A stretch of 64,000 nt of DNA, from assembly GCF_046119375.1 (NCBI RefSeq), contig NW_027362761.1:873642001-873706000 (forward strand). The letters are read 5' to 3'. Source of the DNA: Phyllobates terribilis. Lineage: Eukaryota. Positions 1 through 12,073 of the stretch are shown piece after piece (within the stretch, counting starts at the first letter, position 1; each line of letters starts with the position of its first letter). The notes below the pieces were generated by a model. The model saw only the letters and a program-made list of their open reading frames with translations. It searched no databases and was not told the origin of the DNA. The position numbers were made by a program, and so were the translations under genes.

Positions 1-791
1 GCGTTTTTCATGCGTTTCCGCAGCGGAAACGCATCAAAAACGCTTGGTAATCCGCACCACATGGTCCTCAATGACATTCCGCAATGTCAATGCACATGCT
101 GCGGATTATTCCGCTGCATTTCAGCGGCGCTCAAAAATCCGCAGCATGTTCATTAATTTTGCGGAAGCGCATCGGAATTGCCGCCATTGACTTGCATTGA
201 GACGCTTATAATCCGTGTCTGTACAGTTGTACACACGGATTATATGCGTTTCAATGTGCGGATGGTACCCAGTTCTGGAGGAGAGAAGACTCTCATCCAG
301 ACCTGTGTACCATTGTACCTGTGAAAAAAAGAATAAAATAATAAATAAAGTTTATATTTACCTTCTCGTGGGCAGCGCTTATCTTCCAGGACCTGAGATA
401 ACGTCGCGGTCATGTAACCGCAGGCTGTCTCGCGATATGCCGGCAACCCGGAAGGAGCGCGACAACACACGCGGCAGCACACGCGGCGGGGGATCGGTAA
501 GTATAGCTTTATTTTTTACGGTCACACTATATAAATCCATGCTGTTTGCATGGATTTATATAGTGTGACCTAGTTGTCACAAGCACTTTCCAAGTGATGC
601 TATCGCCTGGAAAGTGCTTGTAGTCCGCATGCGTAAACGCATGCTTAAACGCATGTGAATACGCATGTGAATGCACGTGTATTCTGCAGGAAAAATGCAT
701 GCACAATATGCATGCGTTTTTTCTGGCAAGGGAAATGCAGAAACGCTGCTGAAATGTTCTGCTTAATTTCTGCATCGTGGGCACATAGCCT
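1..791. mobile_element. T2/Kolobok-type non-autonomous palindromic MITE (left end outside window)
   Basis: Right terminus GCATCGTGGGCACATAGCCT(AA) at about 773-793. Internal sequence resembles the complete copy at 17543-18455. Confidence 0.6.
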
Positions 792-849
792 AACTATTTC
801 GCAGTATATATCTCTCCCTAAATCAGCAGCTTGTCCCTACACTGTCTGA

Positions 850-1130
850 TCCCAGCCGGCTGTGTCCAAGATGTCGGCACCCGGTTTTAAATACTCGAGG
901 TTACGCTGTGCGGCCAGCCAATCAATGTAATGCCCACAACCAACATGGCTGCGGCATTACAGTGACTGGCTGGCAATCCCTGCATGTTCATTGGCTATGT
1001 AAAGAGCGCCAAACATGCAGGGCGGAGACCCGAGCTCCCGCCCGAATAACCCGGAAATGCTCGGTGCTTGCCGAACATCCCGAGTAGCGTGATGCTCGGG
1101 CGAAGTGTCGAGCATGTTCGCTCAACACTA
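850..1130. mobile_element. hAT terminal fragment
   Basis: Ends in CGCTCAACACTA. Closely similar to the outer hAT terminus at 60420-60684 (shared CCAACATGGCTGCGGCATTACAGTGA block). Confidence 0.65.
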
Positions 1131-1145
1131 GTTACTAACTAGTTA

Positions 1146-1496
1146 GTGGATTTTTTACACAAGGCAATTACAACAACTAAAGAGCTAATTAAGAATATTG
1201 AGTCTCAACTGACGTCTTCCATTAGCCCAGAGGACTTCCAGGCACTTCAAAGCAAAATCCAGACCAGCATTGATTTACACAAACGAGATACCGAAACCAG
1301 GAAGAGAAACAAATTTGCAAGAGACCTCGAGGACTACGAACAAAATCGAGTCTACAGATGGCGGGACAATCTCTCTACCAACAGAAATACCCACCGCTTA
1401 GCCAAGTCATCCACCGACTTTTCATCCTCCGTGTCCGAAACGGACCAGAGAGAACCGTTTATCCAATCTGTTCCTTCTTTAGGTCAACAACGATGA
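1146..1496 (+). pseudogene. Upstream ORF of the Penelope-like element (N-terminal helical/basic region, 5'-truncated)
   Basis: 116-aa open frame ending TGA at 1494-1496. It overlaps the RT-frame ORF (1358 onward), which lies in the -1 frame. Confidence 0.6.
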
Positions 1497-3818
1497 CGAC
1501 CAAACAGAAGAAGACCAGGCGAGGCAACAGGAACAAGAGGAAATATGGACTTCACCCGGATCACCCGGTCCCAGACACATCATTGGTGGTAAATATCTCC
1601 TCAAAAACCTTAAGCATCGCCGAAACATCAGTCCTACAGAAAGGACTATCCTTCTGTCCCACTTACAAGTATAATACCTTTAAATTAGATATGGAACTGC
1701 AACGATTCTATCGTACCTTACGCCTGAAAACCCACTTTGCCAACACTCCTTCTACCATTACTCCTCCTGAACCCACAGTAAGCATTATGGCCCGTAGTTT
1801 AGGCTTCAGATCCAAGAGCAAATACAGGCCCCCCGAGGCACCCATGCACTAGAGACCTTCATTGGGTTCATAGATGGGGCATTCCAGCAATTGAGCTCCA
1901 ATATCGACAGGGGTAAGGTACACTACCAGACTAATTTAACTCCCCTTGACCGACAGGCTCTACGAAGCCTACAGGAGGATAAAGACTTAATTATAAAACA
2001 AGCAGACAAAGGTGGGGCCATTGTAGTCATGAACAAATGTGATTACATCACAGAAATTCAAAGACAACTCAACGACGAGTCCACATATCGAAAACTCCCT
2101 AAGGATCCCACGATACAGACTCAGTCACACATAATCTCCGTTCTACAACGATTTTTGGCAGCGAATGTAATTGACATGAAAACATATCAGTACTTAATCA
2201 ACCAACATCCGATTATCCCAGTGTTCTATGTTTTACCCAAAATTCACAAAAGTCTTACTCAACCACCTGGTTGTCCCATAGTGGTCTCTACAGATTCACT
2301 ATTATCACCACTCCTTACACCACTAACTCAGAGAAGTCCATCCTACTTACTAGATACAGGAGCTTTCTTAGATATCATGAAAGAACTGAAGCAAGTTCCT
2401 CCTAAAGCCATTCTAGTATCCTTTGATGTAACGAGCCTCTATACCTCCATTCCCCATGATCAAGGCATTCGAGCAGTCGAACAGATGTTGAGGGACTCAC
2501 ACACTGATCCACCCGTTTTAGACCTGGCTGTAGAATTATTAACTGTGGTTCTCACACATAATTACTTCCTATTTCAGGACTCATTCTACCTCCAAACCAA
2601 AGGGACCGCCATGGGATCTAACGTAGCCCCTCCATATGCAAATTGTTACAAGGCCGCATTTGAGGCACAAATTGTACACAATAATCAACTATTTCAGGAA
2701 CATTCCATTTTATGGAAACGTTACATAGACGACATTTTTTGCATTTGGGGGGGGCTCACAGAAGACTCTAGAGTCTAGACGAATTCTCTGGTTTCCTCAA
2801 TACAGCATGGCCCGACTTTCATTTTACCATGAGTTATCATCCCCGACAGGTCAATTTCCTTGATACTCTAGTGATCAAAGACAATTCTGGCTTTCTAACC
2901 ACAGATATTCATAGGAAACCCACAGATCGCAACACGTTGTTGCATTTTTCAAGTAATCATCCAGCCCCCATGAAACGTGCCATCCCCAAATTCCAATTTC
3001 AGAGGGTCAGAAGCATAGTGACTGACACATCACTCCGCAATGATCGGTCACAAGAAATGACACATAAATTCGAGGAAAGGGGATACCCCTGTGAGCTCCT
3101 ACAGGACCCACAGAGAGGTCACATACAGCCACGTCTGGGCACGTCCAATCGTATTCCATTTGTTCATACGTATCACCCTCTGGCTTACATTTTGCATCGC
3201 ACAATAAGCAAACATTGGAACATTTTACAAACAGGTTACCCCATCATAACTTCCTTTCATCAGCCTTTCCTACCATGTTTCAAAAGAGCACCTAACCTTA
3301 GGGACTCATTGGTCCGTGCAGACATAGGGACAACCAATCCTGGACCCCGTCAGAGATTTTTACAAACCCCTAAGAAAGGGACCATCCCATGCCTCCAGTG
3401 CCACCAATGTCACAATATTCTCAAAGGAGACACCATCTACCATCCTCAAACAGGCAGAAAATATGCCATCAAAGATTTCTACACCTGTGACACTAATTAC
3501 GTGGTATATTTGATTAAGTGCCCCTGCGGCCTTATTTACATAGGGGAAACGACACAGCCCATTAAAGACAGGATCTCCAAGCATAAGTCCACCATCAGGT
3601 GCAAGAGCCTACTCTTACCCATCCCTCAGCACTTCATCGCAGCAGGATATAACATCTCCCAACTGCGCTTCCAAGCAATTGAGCAAATCAAACCCCCCCG
3701 TCGTGGAGGCAATCGTATCCAGATGCTTAAACAGAGAGAGGCATACTGGATTCATGAATTACAGTCCCTGTCCCCAAAAGGACTGAACAGGGATTATGAT
3801 TTACACTCATTTATGTAA
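1358..3818 (+). pseudogene. Penelope RT + GIY-YIG endonuclease, frameshifted
   Basis: Three ORF pieces (1358-1852, 1891-2778, 2829-3818) join into one PLE polyprotein: GTAMGSNVAPPYAN, YIDD, GLNRD C-terminus. Frameshifts at about 1845 and 2750. Confidence 0.9.
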
Positions 3819-4129
3819 AAAACTTCCCTTCTCATTTATTTTCCATAACACAGATGTTATCTGGATGATGAGTTTACTGAGATTTTGGGTAGAGTATATT
3901 ATATATCATACTCTGTTATTTGTGTTGTATCCTAATTCTGTTTTTTATGTTCCAGATTCATTACTGAAGAATGTTCCCATCCCCATCTCCCTCACATCTC
4001 CTCTGCACTCAGTAACCCGTCCTGACAGTGGAACGCACCCTGGGCAGTCTATCCCCGTAGTGAAATGCATCTGACTATTACACGACGCTACTTCCTGGTT
4101 CCTGGAACGCAACAGTACGCCGAGTGACA

Positions 4130-4295
4130 CGCACGCACGTGCGCATGCGCGACCCTGGACCAATCAGATGCGAGCACTCACAGTCCCGCGTTACTTCCGG
4201 TAACGTCACCAGATGTTAGCGCACAAGATTGCGCTTACAATCTCTTGCATTGACTACTAGCCAGGATTGGTCCCGCCCCCCCGGAGATATATGAC
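4130..4295 (+). promoter_or_regulatory. CpG-rich promoter-like motif cluster in the PLE 3' region (pLTR)
   Basis: TGCGCATGCGCG (NRF1-type) at 4140-4151, CCAAT at 4160, ACTTCCGGT (ETS-type) at 4193, ATTGG plus GC box at about 4267-4281, ATATAT at about 4287. Motif matches only. Confidence 0.4.
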
Positions 4296-4675
4296 CGGGA
4301 CCTCAGTGTCTCTACAATGCCCATTACCAGCGGTGGATACCGCGGTTCACACCAGAATACTCCCCCACTATTGGCACTTAAGGTATGTTGACAGCCCAGC
4401 TTGATACTGCTCCACACCAGCCCAGTACCTGCTTCCACTAACTCACCTCATGCGTTCTTCCCATAGGAATCCCAGCACTGGGACACTTTACCTTCCGAAT
4501 CCTTGCCCTTCTTGCCAGTAATTGGGTAGGTTATCTGAATCTGTTTTTCTACTCTATTATAGGATACCATATCTGGTGACACTATGACCTATTGCTCTGA
4601 AATATTATGAAATCTAATTGTTGTATTTTCTGTTAAAATGTGTGGTTTTGTTTACTTGTTCACTTTTTTCATATG

Positions 4676-4719
4676 CAGTACACTGATGAAGGTCTTGCCG
4701 ACCGAAACGTTTATTACTG
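4676..4719 (+). ncRNA. Minimal type I hammerhead ribozyme motif
   Basis: CAGTA-CA-CTGATGA-A-GGTC(TTGCC)GACC-GAAAC-GTT-TAT-TACTG: conserved core, 4-bp stem II, palindromic AACGTT in place of stem III, CAGTA/TACTG stem I. Confidence 0.7.
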
Positions 4720-4768
4720 TGGACTGCAAATAAAAATATCAAATTTTATCCGTTTGGTGTGCTGAGGT

Positions 4769-4985
4769 TATCTTCATATACGTACATTTTATGACAGATG
4801 GAGCAGTTAATTACGTAGATGACATCCTGAGTATTGCAATTCATGAACTTCTTTATATCATAACTGCAAGATCTGTCATGAGTTTGAAATGTTTTGGTGA
4901 CAAATGCATGTACACAAGTGTGGCATCGGTTGTTACTGCATCAATAAAACCTTTGCAGGAGAGCCATGTTTCTCATCTCTGTTGA
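4769..4985 (-). pseudogene. Second Penelope-like fragment (GIY-YIG N-terminal part), different family
   Basis: Manual minus-strand translation: CSNNRCHTCVHAFVTKTFQTHDRSCSYDIKKFMNCNTQDVIYVINCSICHKMYV. This parallels the YAIKDFYTCDTNYVVYLIKCPCGLIY segment of the first element. Confidence 0.75.
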
Positions 4986-5906
4986 GGAGAGAGATGTTTT
5001 TTTTTTTTTTGCGTGGCGAGCTGACTTTTTTTTATTGTTACCAGTTTTGTGTACATGATGCTTTGGTTAATTATTCCTTTTTTTTAGGGAGATGGAGAGC
5101 CAGAAAAACTAATTATGGCATTTTCTTTTTTTTCTTCTCTTTACGGTGTTTACTAATAAGGTTACTTAATTTTATATTTTAATAAATTGGACATTTTTGA
5201 ACACAGCAATGCCAAATATATTAGTTTAAAAATCCCTCTATTTTTAACAAGGTAAATTGGGTGTGATGATTTGAATTTTTATACATATTTTTTTTACATT
5301 TTTCATATTTTTTTTTAATTTCCTTCATTGTTTACATTATTTTTTAGTCCCCTTACAGGACTAGAACTTGCGATTGCTTAATTGCTTATACTATGTACAT
5401 TGCAACATAACAGTATTTCAGTATATAGTGAAGATCTTGGTCTGCCATGGAACTTTACCTACAGCTGAGCTTTACAGGAGGACCAAGATGACAGCGACTG
5501 GGACAGCAAAACCCCTGACTGTCATAGCCCTTTGGTCCCCCACAATCACGTTGCAATAAGCTGATGAGAGCTGGTGTGCACGAGCTCTGGCGCATTACAT
5601 TTAAACTTCACTGTTAGAGATGGATGCTTGCTATTTAATATAACAGATCAGCACGTGTGCGGGATATTCAGCTCCTGAGCTCTCTCCACACATGCGGACC
5701 ATTTCACAAGATGTTAAAATACCAGCAAATGGTTAAATTAGACCACCAATCACTGCTGTCTTGTAGCAGAGCGGCTAGGCATGAGGTGATAGGTGGAAAC
5801 TCACCCTAATGCAACTTGATGCACACAAAGCTGTCATGGTAGATGGGAATAACATTGTGTACGTAATGAAAGGAATATCCAATGTGAGATGTATGAATTG
5901 GGAATT

Positions 5907-6161
5907 GGATGTTTCGCCCCCAGCAGTTCGCCCCTAGCAATTCGCCCCCGAGTACATTTCGCCCCCGCACATTTTGTCCCCAACATTTGGCCACCAGGAT
6001 GTTTTGCCCCTCGCACATATCGCCCCCAGTTCGAAATGTCCGGGGGCGAAATGTGCGGGGCGAAATGTGCAGGGGCGAATCTTCCTGGGGGCGAAATGAT
6101 AGGGGCGAAACATGCGGGGGCGAAATGTACCTGGGGGCGAACTGCTGGGGGCGAAACTTCC
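5907..6161. mobile_element. Foldback-type MITE built from TTCGCCCC / GGGGCGAA subrepeats
   Basis: Terminal inverted repeat GGA(T/A)GTTTCGCCCCCAGCAGTTCGCCCC. Left half has TTCGCCCC units and right half has GGGGCGAA units. Confidence 0.7.
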
Positions 6162-6204
6162 TATAACCGTATGAATTAAATTGAGGTTTTGCATCATTTA
6201 TTAA

Positions 6205-6549
6205 ACGAGTTGTCCAGTACTAGATATTGATGACCTATCCTAAGGATTAAGTCAGCAATATCAGATCGGTGGGGGCAACACCTGGCATCCCAGTGGATAA
6301 GTCGTTATTAGTCCCATTGCCAGCCAGATGTAATAGAGCGGAACTACACAGCCCCAGCAACTGTATAGCGGCCATAGCTGGGTACTGCAGATCCACCCAT
6401 GTTTATTCAAATCAGGGCAGATGTGCATTATCTGGCTGGTACCGATAACATCTGATCGGCGGTGGTATCAGGTGTCACACCACCACCGATATGATATTGA
6501 TGACCTTTTCTAAGGCTAGGCTGTCAATGTAAAGTACTGGACAAGCTCA
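6205..6549. mobile_element. T2-type MITE with TTAA target site
   Basis: TTAA-ACGAGTTGTCCAGTACT ... AGTACTGGACAAGCTCA-TTAA. Confidence 0.65.
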
Positions 6550-8725
6550 TTAAATGAAGTATAGTGTAAATGCATTAATAAGCACAGTGATATAAAATAT
6601 TAATTGCAAGGGAGGTACGCGTGTGCGCAAATTGAGATCTCGGATGAGCTAAGCCGAGTTCTCAATCTGCGCATGCACCGCCTTCGGCAGCCATTTTCCT
6701 GAAGTCCACTGCCAGGAAATGAATGGGCAGAGCAGGGACTCGGCTCCTTTTTTTGAATCATAGAATGGTAGAGCTGGAAGGGACCTCCTGGGTCATCTGG
6801 TCCAACCCCCTGCTCAAAGCAGGATTCACTAAATCATCTTAGACAGATGTTTGTCCAGCCTCTGTTTGAAGACGTCCATTGAAGGAGAACTCACCACCTC
6901 TTGTGGCAGCCTGTTCCACTCATTGATCACCCTAACTGTCAAAAAGTTTTTATTCTAATATCTAATCTGTGTCTCCTCCCATTCAGTTTCATCCCATTGC
7001 TTCTAGTCTTTCCTTGTGCAAATGAGAATAAAGATGATCCTTCTACAATGTGACAGCCCTTGAGATATTTGTAGACAGCTATTAACTCTCCTCTCAGTCT
7101 TCTTTTTTGCAAGCTAAACATTCCCAAATCCTGTAACCGTTCCTCGTAGGACATGGTTTGCAGACCGGGTCACCATTCTGGTCGCTCTTCTCTGAACTTG
7201 CTCCAGTTTGTTAATGTCTTTTTTAAAATGTGGTGCCCAAAACTGGACACAGTATTCCAGATGAGGTCTGACCAAAGAGGAGTAAAGTGCAATAATGATT
7301 TCACGTGATCTAGACTGTATGCTTCTGTTAATACATCCCAGAATTGTATTTGCCTTTTTTGCTGCTGCATCACACTGTTGACTGATGTTCAGTCTATGAT
7401 CTATTAGTATACCTAAGTCTTTTTCACGTGTACTGTTGCTTAGCTCTATTCTTCCCATTCTGTATATGCTTTTTTCATTTTTATTGCCCAGATGTAATAC
7501 TTTGCATTTTTCCCTGTTAAAAACCATTCTGTTAGTTGCTGCCCACTGCTCCAGTTTATTTAGGTCTTTTTGAAGCCTCTCTCTTCTCTAGTGTTAGCTA
7601 TCCTTCCTAGCTTTGTGTCATCAGCAAATTTAATCAGTTTACCCTCAATTCCGTCATCTAAATCATTGATAAAGATGTTGAACAATACAGGTCCCAGGAC
7701 AGAGCCCTGTGGTACCCCACTTGAGACATTCATCCAACTGGATGTGAAGCCATTTACGACCACTCTTTGAGTCCGATCACTAAGCCAGTTTTGAATCCAC
7801 CTAACAGTTGCCTTGTCCATTCCATACTTGGTAATTTTTTCAATAAGGATGGTGTGAGATACTTTGTCAAATGCTTTGCTGAAGTCAAGATATACTATAT
7901 CTACAGCATTTCCCTGATCCACCCAGTCAGTGATCCTGTCATAGAAGGAAATTAAATTAGTCTGACATGACTTGTTAGTTACAAACCCATGCTGACTCTG
8001 GTTAATCACTTCATTCTTATCCAGGTACTTACATACATGTTTAATAATTTGTTCAAAGATCTTTCCTGGTATAGAAGTCAGACTCACCGGCCTATAGTTC
8101 CCTGGGTCCACCTTCTTCCCCTTTTTGAAGATAGGAACAACATTTGCACTTCTCCAGTCTTCTGGGACTTCTCCTCTTCTCCAAGAATTTTAAAAGATTA
8201 TGGAGAGTGGTTCTAAAATTTCTTCTACAATCTCCTTCAGTACTCTGGGGTGTAATTCATCTGGACCTGGAGACTTGAACTCATTTATGTTAGCTAAATA
8301 TTCCCTCACAATCTTTCTGTTTACAGATAACCTGGATTCTTCTACTCCTTTAATAGGACAGTGAAGATCAGTTGATGTTACATTTTCTTTCTGAGAGAAA
8401 ACTGATGCAAAATAGGAATTAAAAAGTTCGGCCTTCTCAACATCCTTTCTTACCATTTCACCATTTTCATCCTGTAAAAATCCTATAGCATCTTTGACTT
8501 TTCTTTTAATTTTGACATACCCCCAAAATCCTTTTTTATTGCTTTTGACATCTCTTGCAATCCTTAATTCATTGTCAGCTTTAGCTAACCTGATACGTGC
8601 CCTACAGGTTCTGCAGACTGCATTATAATCTTCTTTAGATATGCCTCCCTCTTTCCATTTGATAAACATTTCTTTCTTTTTAGCATGTGTTTAAGTTCTG
8701 TGTTCATCCATCCTGGTTTCCTTAA

Positions 8726-9978
8726 CCCCTTAACAACCTTGGGTCTTTTTGTTTTTGTGTTTTCATTTTTTGCTCCCCTTCTTCCCAGAGCCAGAACTTT
8801 TTTAATTTTCGTTCAATATGGCCGGGTGAGGGCTTATTTTTTGCGGGACGAGTTCTACTTTTAAACGCCATCACTGGTTTTACCATATCGTGTGCTGGAA
8901 AACGGGAAAAAAATTCCAAGTGCTGTGAAACTGCAAAAAAAATGCAATTCCACAGTTGTTTTTTGGGTCCTTTTTTTACCACATTTACTGATTGCTAAAA
9001 CTGACCTGCCATCATTATTCTCCAGGTCATTACGAGTACGTAGACATCAAACATGTACAGGTCCTTTTTTATTTAAGTGGTGAAAAAAAATCCAAAATTT
9101 GCTAAAAAAAAAAAAAATGACGCCATTTTCCGAGACCCGTAGCGTCTCCATTTTTCGGGATCTGGGGCCGGGTGAGGGCTTATTTTTTGCGCATCGGGCT
9201 GACATTTTTATTTATACCATATTGGGGTAGATACGATATTTTTATAGCCCGTTATTGCATTTTATTGCAATGTTGCAGCGACCAAAAAAACTTAATTCTG
9301 GCGTTTAGAATTTTTTTCTCGTTACGCTGTTTACTTATCGGATTAATTCTTCTTTTATATTGATAGATCGGGCGATTCTGAACGCGGCGATACCGAATAT
9401 GTGTATGTGGGTTTTTCATATATATATTTTATTTTCAATGGGGCGAAAGGGGGGTGATTTAAACTTTTATATTTTTCTAATTTTTTTTATATTTTTAAAA
9501 GCTTTTTTTTACACTTTCTGCTTGCTTCTAGGAGACTAGAAGCAGCAGTTGTCTGATTGCTTCTACTGCATACAAACGATGAGCAGATCGCTTGTATGCA
9601 GGAGAAATGCTCACTTGCTATGAGCGCTGACCACTAGGTGGCGCTCATAGTAATTGAGACATGACAACCACAGGCGCCTGCTGCAGACCCTGGGTTGTCA
9701 TGCCCACCCATTGGTGACCCGCGATCACGTGACGGGGTCACCGATGGGTGGGTCTTAGGATGCGCGAGTTAAATGCCGCTGTCAGAGATTGACAGCGGCA
9801 TTTAACATGTTAACAGCCGCAGGTGGATCGCGATTCCACCCGCGGCTGTTGCGGGCACATGTCAGCTGTAATAATCAGCTGACATGTGCTCGGTTCAGTG
9901 CGGGCTCACCGCCGCAGCCCCCTCTGAACCGGCCTTCCCGACCTGGTGCGTACTATTACTGACCAGGTCGGAAAGGGG
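8726..9978. mobile_element. Non-autonomous piggyBac-type element inserted in CR1 ORF2
   Basis: TTAA at 8722-8725 and 9979-9982, termini CCCCTT...AAGGGG. Removing it restores the CR1 reading RKNGKHLRKPGWMN. Confidence 0.85.
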
Positions 9979-10757
9979 TTAAATGCTTCCCATTCTTCCT
10001 ACTTTTCGGGATTGGTAACGATTGTGCTTTGAGAATCCCATTTTTAAAAATTTCCCATCCTTCCTGGACATTTTTGTCCTTAAGGACATCCAGCCATTGG
10101 ATCCCTCCTATTCTCTTTCTGAGTCGCTTAAAATCTGCCTTTCTGAAATCTAACCTTGAAGTTTGAGTCTTCACATGTCTTCCTCCTCTAGTTATCCAAA
10201 ATTCTATAATAGCATGATCGCTGCCTCCTAGGGTCCCAGACACTTTTACCTCCTCAACCATTTCCTCCCTGTTTATAAGGATTACATCCAAAGTAGCAGA
10301 TCCCCTTGTTTTCTTCCCTACCTTTTGGAAGATAAAGTTGTCAGCAAGAGAGGATAAGAATTTGCTTGACCTGTTAGTTTTACTTGAGAGAGATTCCCAA
10401 CAAATGTCTGGATAGTTGAAATCTCCCATGACCACTACGTCATATTTTTTGGAGAACTTGGTCATTTGATACATAAAGAGTTCATCCATATCTTCAGTAT
10501 GCCCAGGTGGCCTGTAGTAAATGCCTACAATGGTGTCCTTTCCGTTGTCCTCTCCTTGTATTCTTACCCAAACAGTTTCCACAGAACTCCCAGTCTCTGA
10601 AGCTTCAATCTCTGTGCAGATATACGCTTTTCTAACATACAAAGCGACACCTCCTCCTTGTTTATCAAGTCTGTTTCTTGCAAATAAATTGTATCCTTTT
10701 ACCTTTTATTCCAATCATGTGTATCGTCCCACCAAGTTTCAGTGATTCCAATGACGA

Positions 10758-11838
10758 TGTGGCGCCCTGCTGTGCACTGGTGCCACAGAACCCAGAAGGG
10801 TGCATGGATGGACTTCTCCACAAGAGGCCCTCACACATTCACACACCTCGACCCTACCACCTCAGACCAGCAGAGGGAGCCCTGATAGGGATATATAAGT
10901 GGAGGGTGGAGTCAGGCAGCTCAGTTCTTAGTTTAGTAGTCAGTCTCTCAGTCAGAGAGAGAGCGTGCTGACGCTCAGAGAGCAGCGGAGAGGCAGCACG
11001 CTGGCAGCTGGGCTTAGGTGAGCCAAGGCCTACAGCACGAGGGAAAGCCTAGTGAGGGCCCTGAGTGTGGCCGAAGGTGAGAGGAGATGGAAGAAGTAGC
11101 GAGGGGGCAGAGGAGCATACCAGGCTCACCCCAGATATATACCGGACACCGGGTCCGCGCCTACAGGGTCCCTTTATACCCAGTAGGGACCACTGGACAC
11201 CTGGAGGACTACAGGTCCCAGGTTTACCAAACGCTGACTACAGTACCAGGGCTAGGAGTCACGGAGGCCCCAGCGACCAGGGAGAGTGATCTCCAAGAGA
11301 AGGCCCTACCACCAGGTCAGCAGGTGCAAGAGAGAGACAGTAATCAAGCTAGGCCTAGCTCCAGGCAGGTCAGAAGCTTAGCAAGAGGAAGCAATGCATC
11401 AGGAGGCCCTACACCCGCTCACTGGGGAGAGTCCAAAAGTGCACCCTTCGCCCGGAGTACCCTGGACCGTGCCTGCATCATCACCAGTAAAGGTACTGAA
11501 GCTTACCCCTGTGTGAGTGTCCGTCTTTCCTCCGGGACCATCCTGCCGTCTCTCACCAGCATCCACCATCTACCCCTACACTGCCCTGGAGCTAGCTCTA
11601 CCTCTGGAGAGCCACACCATGCCTGCTGCCGTAACACCAGTTCCAGAGGACTTCTCCGCAGCGGCGGCTCCCTTTAGCTGCATTCCACAGGTGGCATCAC
11701 GAACTTTACAAATCCCCTATAAAATATCCCCCTTTTTAATGACCGCCCTGGGTCACGGACCGGGCCAGCCACCGTGATACCACCCCCCAGCATCTACTGG
11801 CCCGGCACCGGGTACCCCACGGCCCAGGGGGCGCGTCA
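10758..11838 (+). mobile_element. Gypsy solo LTR (family A) inside the CR1 endonuclease
   Basis: Starts TGTGGCGCCC and ends GGGGCGCGTCA. The 3' portion matches the LTRs at 49668 and 56401. TSD imperfect (ACGA/ACAT). Confidence 0.88.
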
Positions 11839-12073
11839 ACATCACATTTCTTTTCCTGCGTTAGTAGTTCCAATTCTCCTTGTTTGTTGCCCATGCTTTG
11901 TGCATTTGTATGAAAACATTTTAGTTTGTAGTTGGTTTGTCTTCCTCCCATATTTTTATTATTTAGATTTTTTTGCCTTTGTTCTTTCTTTCCACTTCCA
12001 ATAGCAGAGATCTCAATAGTATTTGTCAGCTGTATAGCTTTTTCTGGCCTTTTGCTTCCCTTCCCACATTGTT

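Larger units (their letters stand above)
1143..4780 (+). mobile_element. Penelope-like retroelement (Neptune-like), 5'-truncated
   Basis: RT with WKRYIDDIF, CxxCxxC linker (CLQCHQC), GIY-YIG endonuclease (VVYLIKCPCGLIYIGET), then a 3' region with hammerhead core and AATAAA. Confidence 0.92.
6829..11951 (-). pseudogene. CR1 ORF2 (APE endonuclease + reverse transcriptase), disrupted
   Basis: [69 protein letters not shown]. Frameshifts, plus inserts at 8726-9978 and 10758-11838. Confidence 0.93.
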
